From IMG/VR virus record IMGVR_UViG_3300030325_000005, positions 1-42,039 of that record: a DNA stretch of 42,039 nucleotides, one strand, 5' to 3'. Source of the DNA: a virus (Duplodnaviria > Caudoviricetes). The notes beneath the pieces are model-generated. The model had not been told where the DNA came from. It made no database searches and saw nothing but the letters and a program-made list of their open reading frames with translations. Shown here one piece after another: positions 24,953 through 33,430 of the stretch. Each line of letters starts with the position of its first letter. Within the stretch, counting starts at the first letter, position 1. A program made the position numbers and the translations under genes.

Positions 24953-25734
24953 CCGATAAACCACAAACCGAGGGTAATCAGATGGACGAAAAAACACCAA
25001 ATGCGACGCTGGAAGGGCTGGCCCTGCTGCGAGCGCCATTTCCGGCGCACCAGATAGGCAAACTACCAAAACCGACGCGGGCGCAAACCGACGCGGTGAA
25101 GGCTGATTTCAAGGTCGGCATCCGGTGCGAGAAGTGCCACTCGTGGCATCACCCGGACGTTATCCACCTTGATTTCGTCGGCCATGCCGCGCTTACGGAC
25201 CGGCTGTTGGATGCAGATCCAATGTGGTACTGGGAGCCGCTGGCGTACACGGAGGAAGGGCTGCCACGCCTCGACAACGAGGGCGGGTTGTGGGGCAAAT
25301 TGACGGTTTGCGGAGTTACCCGGCTTGGCTACGGCAATGCCGACACCAAGCCGTTCGCCGACGCCGGGGCGCGAATGAAGGAAATAATTGGGGATTTTTT
25401 ACGGAATAGCTGTATGAGATTCGGCGCTGCTCTGGAGCTGTGGCACAAGGGCGACCTGCACATGCCCGACGACCAATCGCCAGCCCGAAAAGACCCCGCT
25501 CCAGTCGCCGAACCGGAAGCGCAAGCTAGCCAAGATCCCGCACCGCGAGCCGATACCGGAGGCGCAACCATCACGCCCCCGCAACTGCGAATTCTGCTCA
25601 AAGCGCTTGAGCGCAAGGGGCTGGCCGAACACGCACTTACCGATGCTTTCGGCATTGCGGCGCTGGACCAACTCCCGGCGGCTAGCATCAATGATGCTAT
25701 CGAGTGGGTCGGCGCTCAAGGGAGCGCGGCATGA
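24949..25734 (+). CDS. Rad52/Sak-like single-strand annealing protein
   Basis: LDFVGHAALTDRLLDADPMW..LTVCGVTRLGYG..GDFLRNSCMRFG. Confidence 0.8.
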   Translation: MTDKPQTEGNQMDEKTPNATLEGLALLRAPFPAHQIGKLPKPTRAQTDAVKADFKVGIRCEKCHSWHHPDVIHLDFVGHAALTDRLLDADPMWYWEPLAYTEEGLPRLDNEGGLWGKLTVCGVTRLGYGNADTKPFADAGARMKEIIGDFLRNSCMRFGAALELWHKGDLHMPDDQSPARKDPAPVAEPEAQASQDPAPRADTGGATITPPQLRILLKALERKGLAEHALTDAFGIAALDQLPAASINDAIEWVGAQGSAA

Positions 25735-25937
25735 GCGGGAATACCAGGGTTATCACCGTCCGGCAGGGCGAGCACGCTTGGTCCGTCCGCGTCATTGTGG
25801 GCGGCGAGGTGTTCAGCCTCTACCGCAGCCCGGATGACGCGCTCGAATCGTATGAAGAAGCGGCATTCGAGCGCAACCGGATAGCTCGGATGCTGGGCAA
25901 CATTACCGGGCCGGTGGATGGCAATGGCGGGATTTGA
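25731..25937 (+). CDS. hypothetical protein
   Basis: Coupled, 68 aa. Confidence 0.55.
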   Translation: MSGNTRVITVRQGEHAWSVRVIVGGEVFSLYRSPDDALESYEEAAFERNRIARMLGNITGPVDGNGGI

Positions 25938-26499
25938 ATTCGATCCCATCGCACACTGCTACACGCTGGGCGGGCGCGTGCTCCCCAGTGTTACGCAGAT
26001 CCTGCGCGGGCTGGACGATTTCTCCAACGTCCCGGCCCGCGTGCTGGAGAAGGCTCGGGATCGCGGGAGCCGGGTCCATGCCGCCTGCAACCTGGACGTG
26101 CTCGGGACTCTGGACGAAAACACGGTGGATGATGAGGTCGCGCCGTATCTCGCACAGTTTCGGCGCTTCCTGCGGGAGTCGGGATTCCAGCCGACCCTGA
26201 CGGAGTGCCGGGTGTACGACGATAAGCTCTGGTATGCGGGCACGCTGGACCTGTTCGGGGATCTGCCGGGCTGCATCGATGTGCAGATCGATATCAAAAG
26301 CGGCCTGATACCGCGCAGCGTGGGGCCGCAAACAGCCGCTTATGCGTGTGCAATGTATGCACGGACTGGACTCAAGACTCGCAAGCGGTATGTGCTGGAT
26401 TTGAAGCAGAAAACATATTCGCTGCCACGGCTGGACGGCATTGGCGATATGGATATATTCAAGAACCAATTACGAAAATTCAACGAGGGCAAACAATGA
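25924..26499 (+). CDS. PD-(D/E)xK exonuclease
   Basis: LPSVTQIL..RGSRVH..YAGTLD..DIKSG..QTAAY. Confidence 0.85.
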   Translation: MAGFEFDPIAHCYTLGGRVLPSVTQILRGLDDFSNVPARVLEKARDRGSRVHAACNLDVLGTLDENTVDDEVAPYLAQFRRFLRESGFQPTLTECRVYDDKLWYAGTLDLFGDLPGCIDVQIDIKSGLIPRSVGPQTAAYACAMYARTGLKTRKRYVLDLKQKTYSLPRLDGIGDMDIFKNQLRKFNEGKQ

Positions 26500-27164
26500 C
26501 AACGCAACTGATATCAATCCCAGCGCCAGACCCAACCCCGATGCGCGAGGCTGAGCTTGCCCTGGCATGGGCGCGGCAATTCCCGATCACGTCGCCGGAG
26601 TCCTATGCCTGCGCGGCCGAGGAACGAAAGGGCATGAAGCGACAATGGAAGGCGCTTGAAGCGTTGCGGAAGAAAACGCTAAAGCCAATCGACGAATCGC
26701 GCAAAGTCGTTAATGGGTTATTCACCCCCGCGCTTGATTGCCTGAAAGAGGCGGACGACATCGTAGAGCGTGGAATGCTGGACTACCGCGCAGCAGAGCA
26801 ACGCGCCGCACAAGAGGCTGCACGCGCCGAGGCTGAACGACTGCGCAAAGAGCAAGAGGCGCTGGCGACCATGGCAGAGCAATGTGGCGATCCCGAGCTT
26901 GCCCTGGAGATGCGCGGGCAGGAGGTGTATGTACCCGTAGCCGCCCCGGTGGCCGCTGATGGCACTTGGCCCACGACGCGATGGCACGCTGAGCTAACCG
27001 ACATTACCGCGTTGTGCAGAGCCGTAGCGGACGGAACGGCCCCTGCCGAGCTTGTACAACTCAACCAGCCCGCTGCAAACCGGCTGGCTACCGCGCTGCG
27101 GGATGCGGTGAGTTATCCGGGGCTGCGGTTTGTATCGACGACATCGCTGGCGGTGCGCACATGA
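26496..27164 (+). CDS. coiled-coil recombination-module protein
   Basis: Long helical protein ending YPGLRFV; follows exonuclease. Confidence 0.7.
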   Translation: MTTQLISIPAPDPTPMREAELALAWARQFPITSPESYACAAEERKGMKRQWKALEALRKKTLKPIDESRKVVNGLFTPALDCLKEADDIVERGMLDYRAAEQRAAQEAARAEAERLRKEQEALATMAEQCGDPELALEMRGQEVYVPVAAPVAADGTWPTTRWHAELTDITALCRAVADGTAPAELVQLNQPAANRLATALRDAVSYPGLRFVSTTSLAVRT

Positions 27165-27194
27165 GCGACCCAACTTTTGAGACTTGGAGGCACT

Positions 27195-27629
27195 ATGAGC
27201 CCGCTAGAGATTGAAATCCTTCTGCACTATTACTGCTGCCCAACCGATTACCGGGACGGCGATTTCTCCGCGCCGGCTGTGCAGGATGCGATAGAGCGAT
27301 TCCGCGATGTTCACAATCTGTTGGAGCCTACGCAAAGCATGGACGTGTACCACGACCCGCATTACCAGATCACCGAACGCGGGCGCGTGTTTGTCGAGGC
27401 GCTGTGCAATATGCCGTTGCCGGTCAAAACGTGGGTGATGCCTGAGAGCGGAGTAGCTGGCCAGTTGCTCGAATCTGTTGCAGATGATGGCGACGCGGCG
27501 CGATGGGCCTACCTGGAGAAAAACCCGTGGCGCGCAATAGATATCCTGACCGCGCGATGCAGCACTGACCCTACACGATGGGGCGATGAGGCGCGGGAGG
27601 CTATCGACCAGGCGCGGGGGGCGATATGA
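27195..27629 (+). CDS. hypothetical protein (probable two-module fusion)
   Basis: GGAGG RBS; second half DAARWAYL..REAIDQARG. Confidence 0.65.
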   Translation: MSPLEIEILLHYYCCPTDYRDGDFSAPAVQDAIERFRDVHNLLEPTQSMDVYHDPHYQITERGRVFVEALCNMPLPVKTWVMPESGVAGQLLESVADDGDAARWAYLEKNPWRAIDILTARCSTDPTRWGDEAREAIDQARGAI

Positions 27630-27835
27630 ACTGCACCCCCTGCCACTGCGAAGCCTACCGCCATCCACACCGCCCAGGTAGTGGCGAGTGCTACGGCCAC
27701 AACCTGGCCGACTGCCCATCGCAGACCGTGATCCCTGACCCACACGGCACCGGAGATCACTGGTATCGGTGGGTCGAGCATGGCTGCAACCTCAAACCGG
27801 GCGAATGGCTGGGAGGATTACCGCATGACAACTGA
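27626..27835 (+). CDS. Cys/His-rich small protein
   Basis: CHCEAYRHPHRPGSGEC. Confidence 0.65.
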   Translation: MNCTPCHCEAYRHPHRPGSGECYGHNLADCPSQTVIPDPHGTGDHWYRWVEHGCNLKPGEWLGGLPHDN

Positions 27836-28031
27836 GCTTATTGAAACAATGTGGCACAATAAAACACCTTTGTATATCGCAAAGAAATGGATTGTAGCTA
27901 TAGATGCGCTGACTGATCGAGAAGAGACAAGGATTATAATTCATTTGGGGAATGGGCTCGAAGAGTGGATAGTAAACGAGCCTCTGGCGACGATCATCTC
28001 AAAATATAACGGCGAAGAAAACTGGAGCTAA
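27825..28031 (+). CDS. hypothetical protein
   Basis: GGAGG RBS, AT-richer. Confidence 0.6.
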   Translation: MTTELIETMWHNKTPLYIAKKWIVAIDALTDREETRIIIHLGNGLEEWIVNEPLATIISKYNGEENWS

Positions 28032-28035
28032 ATAG

Positions 28036-28152
28036 ATGACCACGCTTAGAATCGGCAAACTGATTTACTGCAACACGCGCGTCAGGCACGACCTGGCTAT
28101 TTTCGACAATCCCGCTAGGCACATTGTCTGGCGGTTCTGGTGGAGCGCGTAA
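28036..28152 (+). CDS. possible 38-aa protein
   Basis: GGAG RBS, fills gap. Confidence 0.35.
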   Translation: MTTLRIGKLIYCNTRVRHDLAIFDNPARHIVWRFWWSA

Positions 28153-28165
28153 ACGAGGAAGTCTT

Positions 28166-28414
28166 ATGATCCCACTAGACATGAGGGAAGTACTCTACGC
28201 GCTCGTAGAGTACGCCGGACCTTTGGATGATCCGCGCATTGGCTGGGCTGGTGGCATAAAGCCGCCCTCTCAGGATGAGTTCCTTCGGTGCGAGCGGTGC
28301 GGGCGCGAGGCAATAGCCACCACCGATATCGCCCATGCAGAGGATTGCAGTGCAGTTAAGCTGCTGGCTGTTTTGCGCAAGATTAAAGAGTGGATTAAGG
28401 AGGACCAGAAATGA
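28166..28414 (+). CDS. hypothetical Zn-binding protein
   Basis: CERC..HAEDC; GAGG RBS. Confidence 0.6.
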   Translation: MIPLDMREVLYALVEYAGPLDDPRIGWAGGIKPPSQDEFLRCERCGREAIATTDIAHAEDCSAVKLLAVLRKIKEWIKEDQK

Positions 28415-28617
28415 TCGAGCAATACCAGCATAAAAGCATCGCCGTGTACTCAACCATGGCCGCTATCGTCACCGCGCTTCTGCTCTGGATCATAGCCAGC
28501 ACGATGGACTACGACGACGCCCAGCGGGCTGAGATTGAATACTGCCAGCATGTCCGTGATGGGCTGCGGCCTGACTTCAAGGGCGTCTACGACAAGGTAT
28601 GTGAGGAGGAATTGTGA
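28411..28617 (+). CDS. single-TM phage protein
   Basis: TM then MDYDDA..YC..PDFKGVY. Confidence 0.7.
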   Translation: MIEQYQHKSIAVYSTMAAIVTALLLWIIASTMDYDDAQRAEIEYCQHVRDGLRPDFKGVYDKVCEEEL

Positions 28618-28910
28618 AATTCGAGAAGATCAAGCCGGGGATGCTCGCCTACGATGTTGGCCGGCAAAAGCTCGGCAACACAACGCTGTCAACCGTCGCC
28701 GTTTGGAGCGTTAAAATCATAAGCGTAGATGCCGAAAATCGCACTGTTGAAGCAAGCTGGAACTACAACCCAGCGCGCACATACAGCGAGCGCGAGTACA
28801 AGAAGTGGCGAGAAGCGAAGCCAACGCTTGTTGAAGGGTTCTTTGGTGACCATCGGCTCGCAACAAAGGATGAGACCCAGGCTGCAAGGCGCGCTGCGGA
28901 GGAATTGTGA
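28614..28910 (+). CDS. conserved phage hypothetical protein
   Basis: KIKPGM..KLGNTT..ASWN.NP. Confidence 0.72.
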   Translation: MKFEKIKPGMLAYDVGRQKLGNTTLSTVAVWSVKIISVDAENRTVEASWNYNPARTYSEREYKKWREAKPTLVEGFFGDHRLATKDETQAARRAAEEL

Positions 28911-29116
28911 GCACACGCGAAAGCGAGGCTAACGAGCATAAACTCCGCTGGAACCGCTGCAATGCCTGCGGTAAATATATTTCAATGCGCGACTTCGCTT
29001 CTGGAGCCGCCATGCGGAAAATGATTACCCCTGACTCTGAGTTCACAAAGGAAGAATTCGAGACACTGTGCAGGCATCATGCAGCGTCAATTACTGAGGA
29101 CATTATCAATGGCTAA
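28907..29116 (+). CDS. small Zn-binding protein
   Basis: RCNACGKYI..TPDSEF..LCRHH. Confidence 0.65.
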   Translation: MSTRESEANEHKLRWNRCNACGKYISMRDFASGAAMRKMITPDSEFTKEEFETLCRHHAASITEDIING

Positions 29117-29228
29117 CGGCGTAAATCGCGTGATACTGATAGGCAGGCTTGGACGTTTTGTGGTAACATTAGATACGTTACGCCAAAACGGAGACGAACA
29201 TGAAGCCATCATGGTTCAAATGTCATAG
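29109..29228 (+). pseudogene. orphan ssb 5' fragment
   Basis: MANGVNRVILIGRLG, then unrelated sequence to a stop. Confidence 0.75.
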
Positions 29229-29787
29229 CTGTGGAGCGCTATTGCTCAGAAGGAAAAGCGACATCAATAACTCCATCCGTGGCTATGGCCGATGGATGTG
29301 CAAATCATGCTCTCTGGCGGAGAGGAATAAACAGAGGTCGCGGCCTGTTGGCTCAACGCGAGAAACCTCTAAAGGATACATCATGGAGAAAACGGAACAT
29401 GGGTGGATTCAGCAACATCGCCTCGTTGTAGAACGACACACAGGAAGAAAGCTCAGAGACGATGAGCTTGTACATCACATTGATGAGAACAAACACAATA
29501 ATGTGATTAGTAATCTGGTTATTGAGACATGGGGAGCGCACACAAGGAGGCATTGTGTTGGATCAAAGCGATCTATGGTGGCCCTTACGAATTTAAGGAT
29601 CTCTTATTTCAAAAGGTCCACGACACGAATGACACGCTCTCTTATTGAAGAAGCGAAACACCGACGCAGTCTCGGAGAATCTCAACGATCTATCGCAGCG
29701 AGCATGAATGTGTCTCCAATGACCATAAGTAATGCGGTACGCGGTAAAACGTGGAAATGGGCTACGGAGGAATCTAATTGTGGCTAA
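29200..29787 (+). CDS. HNH homing endonuclease
   Basis: QHRLVVE..VHHIDENKHNNVISNL; N-terminal CxxC pairs; C-terminal HTH; lower GC. Confidence 0.88.
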   Translation: MKPSWFKCHSCGALLLRRKSDINNSIRGYGRWMCKSCSLAERNKQRSRPVGSTRETSKGYIMEKTEHGWIQQHRLVVERHTGRKLRDDELVHHIDENKHNNVISNLVIETWGAHTRRHCVGSKRSMVALTNLRISYFKRSTTRMTRSLIEEAKHRRSLGESQRSIAASMNVSPMTISNAVRGKTWKWATEESNCG

Positions 29788-30190
29788 CGACTTGAACCTG
29801 TGCCAATTCATCGGCCGACTTGGACAAGATCCTAAACTAACCTATATGCCGAATAGCAATGCTGTTGCGAATATCAGCATCGCTGTCGGCGAGCAATGGC
29901 GGGACAAAGCTGGCGAGAAGCAGGAGCGCGTCACCTGGGTAAACGTGGTCGCGTTCGGTCGGCTGGCCGAGATTATCAGCGAACTTTGCCACAAGGGCTC
30001 CAAAGTCTATCTATCCGGATCCCTGCGCACCCGCAAGTGGGAGAAGGATGGCCAGACGCACTACACGACAGAGATTGTCGCGAAGGAGATGCAGCTGCTG
30101 GACCGCAAGGAAGGCGGAGCGGAGAAGCCGGCAGAGGTTGGATTCAGCGATATGGACGACTTTGGGGGCGAAGAAATACCTTTTAAATGA
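29780..30190 (+). CDS. ssb: single-stranded DNA-binding protein
   Basis: IGRLGQDP..KGSKVYLSGSLRTRKW..acidic tail EEIPF; GTG start with GGAGG RBS. Confidence 0.95.
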   Translation: MANDLNLCQFIGRLGQDPKLTYMPNSNAVANISIAVGEQWRDKAGEKQERVTWVNVVAFGRLAEIISELCHKGSKVYLSGSLRTRKWEKDGQTHYTTEIVAKEMQLLDRKEGGAEKPAEVGFSDMDDFGGEEIPFK

Positions 30191-30255
30191 GTCCCTTTTA
30201 ATTACCGCCTAATGGTGGTAGCCTAGCTCCGGGACGTTAAACAGTTGGTGCGGGT

Positions 30256-30741
30256 ATGACAAAAGAGAAGCCGTGCTTTAAGTGCGGGGAGACTAAACCG
30301 CTCTCCGCATTCTATAAGCATCCCAGAATGGCTGACGGGCATGTAAACAAGTGCAAGGAGTGCAATAAACGTGACGTAAGGGAAAACAGGGAAGCAAGGA
30401 TTGATTATTATCTTGAGTACGACAGAATGCGTGATTATCTTCCAAAGAGGGTCGAAGCGCGGAAGGAGTATCGGAAAACAGAGCCAGGAAAGGACTCCAT
30501 GAGGAGGGGTAGTAAAAAATGGATTCAACACAACCAAGTCAAGCATGCCGCACACATAATCTTAAGGAATGCATTACGCTCCGGAAATGTTATTACGCCG
30601 AAAATATGTTCGGAATGCGAATCTAAAGGCCGCATACATGGGCACCACGATGACTATGCCTTCCCGCTTGTCGTCAGATGGCTATGTCAACAGTGCCACA
30701 GTAAGTGGCATAAGGAAAACGGGCAGGGCGCGAACGGGTAA
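30256..30741 (+). CDS. HNH-like endonuclease with Zn-finger N-terminus
   Basis: CFKCGETKPLSAFY..CKEC; CSEC..HGHHDDY..VRWLCQQCH. Confidence 0.8.
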   Translation: MTKEKPCFKCGETKPLSAFYKHPRMADGHVNKCKECNKRDVRENREARIDYYLEYDRMRDYLPKRVEARKEYRKTEPGKDSMRRGSKKWIQHNQVKHAAHIILRNALRSGNVITPKICSECESKGRIHGHHDDYAFPLVVRWLCQQCHSKWHKENGQGANG

Positions 30742-30744
30742 CCC

Positions 30745-31071
30745 ATGAAAACCAAACTCTGCCAATCATGCGCAACCGCAAAGCCGCTGTCCGAATACTA
30801 CGCGCACGCATCGGCAGCAGATGGACTGCGCGGAAAGTGCAAGCCGTGCATGAGGCGGGCCGCTATCGACAACCGGGCGCGCAAGCTGGCGTATTACCGC
30901 GAGTTTGACCGGGTGCGGGATAGGCGCGAGGATCGGGTAGCAGCGAAGATTGCGTATGCGGCAACGCCAGAAGGCCGGAGTGCGTTGAATCAGGCCCGGC
31001 GGAAGTGGCGCGAGCGCAACAGGGCAAAGCGTGCGGCACATATCCGTGTACTCCGCGCGATGAAGGGGTGA
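30745..31071 (+). CDS. truncated paralog of the preceding endonuclease
   Basis: CQSCATAKPLSEYY..CKPC..AAHI, then stop before the nuclease domain. Confidence 0.7.
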   Translation: MKTKLCQSCATAKPLSEYYAHASAADGLRGKCKPCMRRAAIDNRARKLAYYREFDRVRDRREDRVAAKIAYAATPEGRSALNQARRKWRERNRAKRAAHIRVLRAMKG

Positions 31072-31087
31072 TTAACTGGAGGGCACA

Positions 31088-31264
31088 ATGACGTTTGACG
31101 ACTGGTTCGATGATACAGACATGGGCCAATACGATGAGGAAACCGCGCGTGCGGCATGGCGTGCAGCCTGTACCGCTGCGGCTGGAATGGTCGCTGAAAC
31201 AGCTTTCGGCTTCGACACCGATGAAGTCGTCGAGGCTATACTTGATCTGCGCGAAACCGCTTGA
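31088..31264 (+). CDS. 58-aa hypothetical protein (not in ORF track)
   Basis: GGAGG RBS; MTFDDWFDD..ARAAWRAA. Confidence 0.65.
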   Translation: MTFDDWFDDTDMGQYDEETARAAWRAACTAAAGMVAETAFGFDTDEVVEAILDLRETA

Positions 31265-31331
31265 CCACACCGCGCTATCGCGCTAGATTACCCATTCAGG
31301 CCACTTTCCGGCCCTCTTGAAGACCCTCCTT

Positions 31332-31356
31332 GCCGCCCTTCGGGGCGGTCTTTTTT
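31332..31356 (+). terminator. rho-independent terminator at the convergence of the two arms
   Basis: GCCGCCC-TTCG-GGGCGGT followed by CTTTTTT. Confidence 0.8.
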
Positions 31357-31700
31357 CAACGGTGCATCCACTCCCGCACGCCCATCACCAGCAGCGCTGA
31401 CAGCCCTGACAAGAATATCCCCAGGATAGCCAGCATCCCCTTGTCTTTCAGGCTGTCTCCGGACTCCCGCCACTGTCGCAAATGCTGAAAATCCCGCTGC
31501 ATTGCCAGAGGGTCCGATGTATCTACGCCGAGCTGGATGAGCGTTTGCTTAACCGCCTCAGCCACCACCGCGTTGACTTCCGCGCGCTGGAGCGCGACAT
31601 TGGCTGCCGCCCGATTCGCCGCTTCTTCAACGGCTTGTTTCGCCGCATGAACTGCTGCCTCAGAGGCCAGACGAATAATGCGCTCTTCGGTGAATGGCAT
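31356..31700 (-). CDS. coiled-coil protein with C-terminal TM (holin/antiholin-like)
   Basis: Last late gene; QRDFQHLRQWR, then a hydrophobic helix. Confidence 0.55.
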   Translation of the reverse strand: MPFTEERIIRLASEAAVHAAKQAVEEAANRAAANVALQRAEVNAVVAEAVKQTLIQLGVDTSDPLAMQRDFQHLRQWRESGDSLKDKGMLAILGIFLSGLSALLVMGVREWMHR

Positions 31701-32122
31701 TATTTGCCTGCCAGGCTGATCGCGACTTCCTCGCGGAGGCTGGGTATCGATAGTCGGGCCGCCAGCGCATCGATGAGGGCTATCATTTCCGGGCTGATCC
31801 TGGCGCGTGCCAGCTCGAGGTTATCCGCAGCGACTACAGCCGCCGCAGGCGACACCCACGCGGCGCCATCAAAGCGATCGAGCCGTGAAGTTGGCGGCAA
31901 CGGCACTTCGACAGCGCCCACCGGTAGTTCCGGCCATTCCTCGCTCACCGTGATGGTCGGCGGGTCGTATTCAATGCGCCGGGATTCCTCGCCCGTCTCC
32001 GGGTCTGTTACGACAACCTCGCGCGGGTTGGGCGTTTCGGTAGTTATGCGCACCCCACCGAATCCACCTATGTATTCCCCGGAGGCGTTTACAAAGTGCT
32101 TTGTTGCAAGAGCTTCAATCAT
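31700..32122 (-). CDS. putative tail fibre assembly protein
   Basis: GEYIGGF..GAVEVP..FDGAAW; follows fibre gene. Confidence 0.55.
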   Translation of the reverse strand: MIEALATKHFVNASGEYIGGFGGVRITTETPNPREVVVTDPETGEESRRIEYDPPTITVSEEWPELPVGAVEVPLPPTSRLDRFDGAAWVSPAAAVVAADNLELARARISPEMIALIDALAARLSIPSLREEVAISLAGK

Positions 32123-32129
32123 AAATGCC

Positions 32130-33419
32130 TCATTTCAGCGCGAGGAATCGCGCCTTCCAGTTTGCCGCTGTAATCGCCGTAACTACCCCTGTAGTTTTAT
32201 GGGCAATTGACAGGGCTGTGTTGGAGTACCTGACGTTTAAATTGGTCGCATCCGGCCAGATTGCCGGCACCTGCGCTGAGCCTGTCGAGACTACGTCGCC
32301 GATTGAGTACCCAAGTTCCGCCGTCGTGCAGACGAATACCACCGACCACAAACGCGGCGCCACACCCAGCCCGTGCGCGAGCGTCAACGCCCCCGCCAGC
32401 GTGATTGTCTGATCCGTGCTGACGAAAATATCGGCCTGTTTTAGGACGGCAGAGTTATTGACGTAAAGCCCACTCGCTACGTTGATGGTCCCGCGCCCCA
32501 GATCGCCGCCGGTGGCGCCGCCGACTTGTACCCCGGCACCAAAGACGGCGCAAAATCCTATGACATTACCCAGCCGGGTGAGAATCTCAAACTGACCCGC
32601 CTCAGTGCCCGCCCCTATATTCGTAATGTTTGGGCGTATGTCTACAAAATCTGTTATAGCTGCTGAGGAATTCCTGCCGGAGAAAACGATGGAGGTGAGG
32701 TAATCGCCTGCCGCCGGCGATGCGGACAAGCGGTCGAGCCGAAGCCCCATTGCCTCACCCGCAGCGTCGTTGTTGGCCTGGATTATCTGTCCGTTGACAA
32801 ACGTGTTGGCGAGATCCGTCCGCGCGAGCGGCCCGGCATAATGCCGCCCAACCAACCGCCAATTGCCGCCGCCCAAACTCTCGAACCAAAACCCCTCGCC
32901 TACGGCTGCGACGATATTACTGCCGTACAGGATCAGCGACGTGGCATTGTGCGTGAGCGTGAATGCCCCGGTCGCGCGAATGTAGCGGATCGCTCCGGCG
33001 GCGATTGTCCCGAGCGCAGTGATTGTCGCGGCGCCGGAAACAATCACGGTATTTGATGCAGCCGCACCGATGTCAATGCTGCCCGCGCTGGCAATGGTTA
33101 CCGGCGGCGCCTCGTTCAGTGCTCCGGTGAGCACCCCGCCGACGAAGGGTTTGCCGAAGCGGATTTGCTCAGTAGCGACCCCAGCCACCTCGCGATAAAT
33201 CACAAGCTCGTCTGTGGACGTATCCGGCACCGTGAAATATCCGCCCTCCGCCGTGGCAGCAAGTCCGGCCGCTGTGCTGACGTAGATATCTGCCGCCGCT
33301 GTTGCGATAAGCGCCGCGTCTAACGTCTCATCGTACATGCGCTCGACTTCTCCGAAATTGCCGTCGGCCTCAGCGTAGGTCAACTGTCGGAGAACTACGT
33401 TGCGATAGGTAAATGCCAC
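32130..33419 (-). CDS. tail fibre / receptor-binding protein
   Basis: LTYAEADGNF start, STAAGLAAT, ITALGT, LAHGLGVAP. Confidence 0.75.
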   Translation of the reverse strand: MAFTYRNVVLRQLTYAEADGNFGEVERMYDETLDAALIATAAADIYVSTAAGLAATAEGGYFTVPDTSTDELVIYREVAGVATEQIRFGKPFVGGVLTGALNEAPPVTIASAGSIDIGAAASNTVIVSGAATITALGTIAAGAIRYIRATGAFTLTHNATSLILYGSNIVAAVGEGFWFESLGGGNWRLVGRHYAGPLARTDLANTFVNGQIIQANNDAAGEAMGLRLDRLSASPAAGDYLTSIVFSGRNSSAAITDFVDIRPNITNIGAGTEAGQFEILTRLGNVIGFCAVFGAGVQVGGATGGDLGRGTINVASGLYVNNSAVLKQADIFVSTDQTITLAGALTLAHGLGVAPRLWSVVFVCTTAELGYSIGDVVSTGSAQVPAIWPDATNLNVRYSNTALSIAHKTTGVVTAITAANWKARFLALK

Positions 33420-33430
33420 GATTCAACTCC

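Noticed and set aside
27438-27482. attC-like remnant at the fusion junction in 27195-27629
   Set aside because: Lacks both AAC and canonical GTTRRRY cores; resemblance too weak
29154-29779. Group I intron in ssb
   Set aside because: Almost no non-coding flank for a ribozyme core, and the downstream ssb is complete on its own
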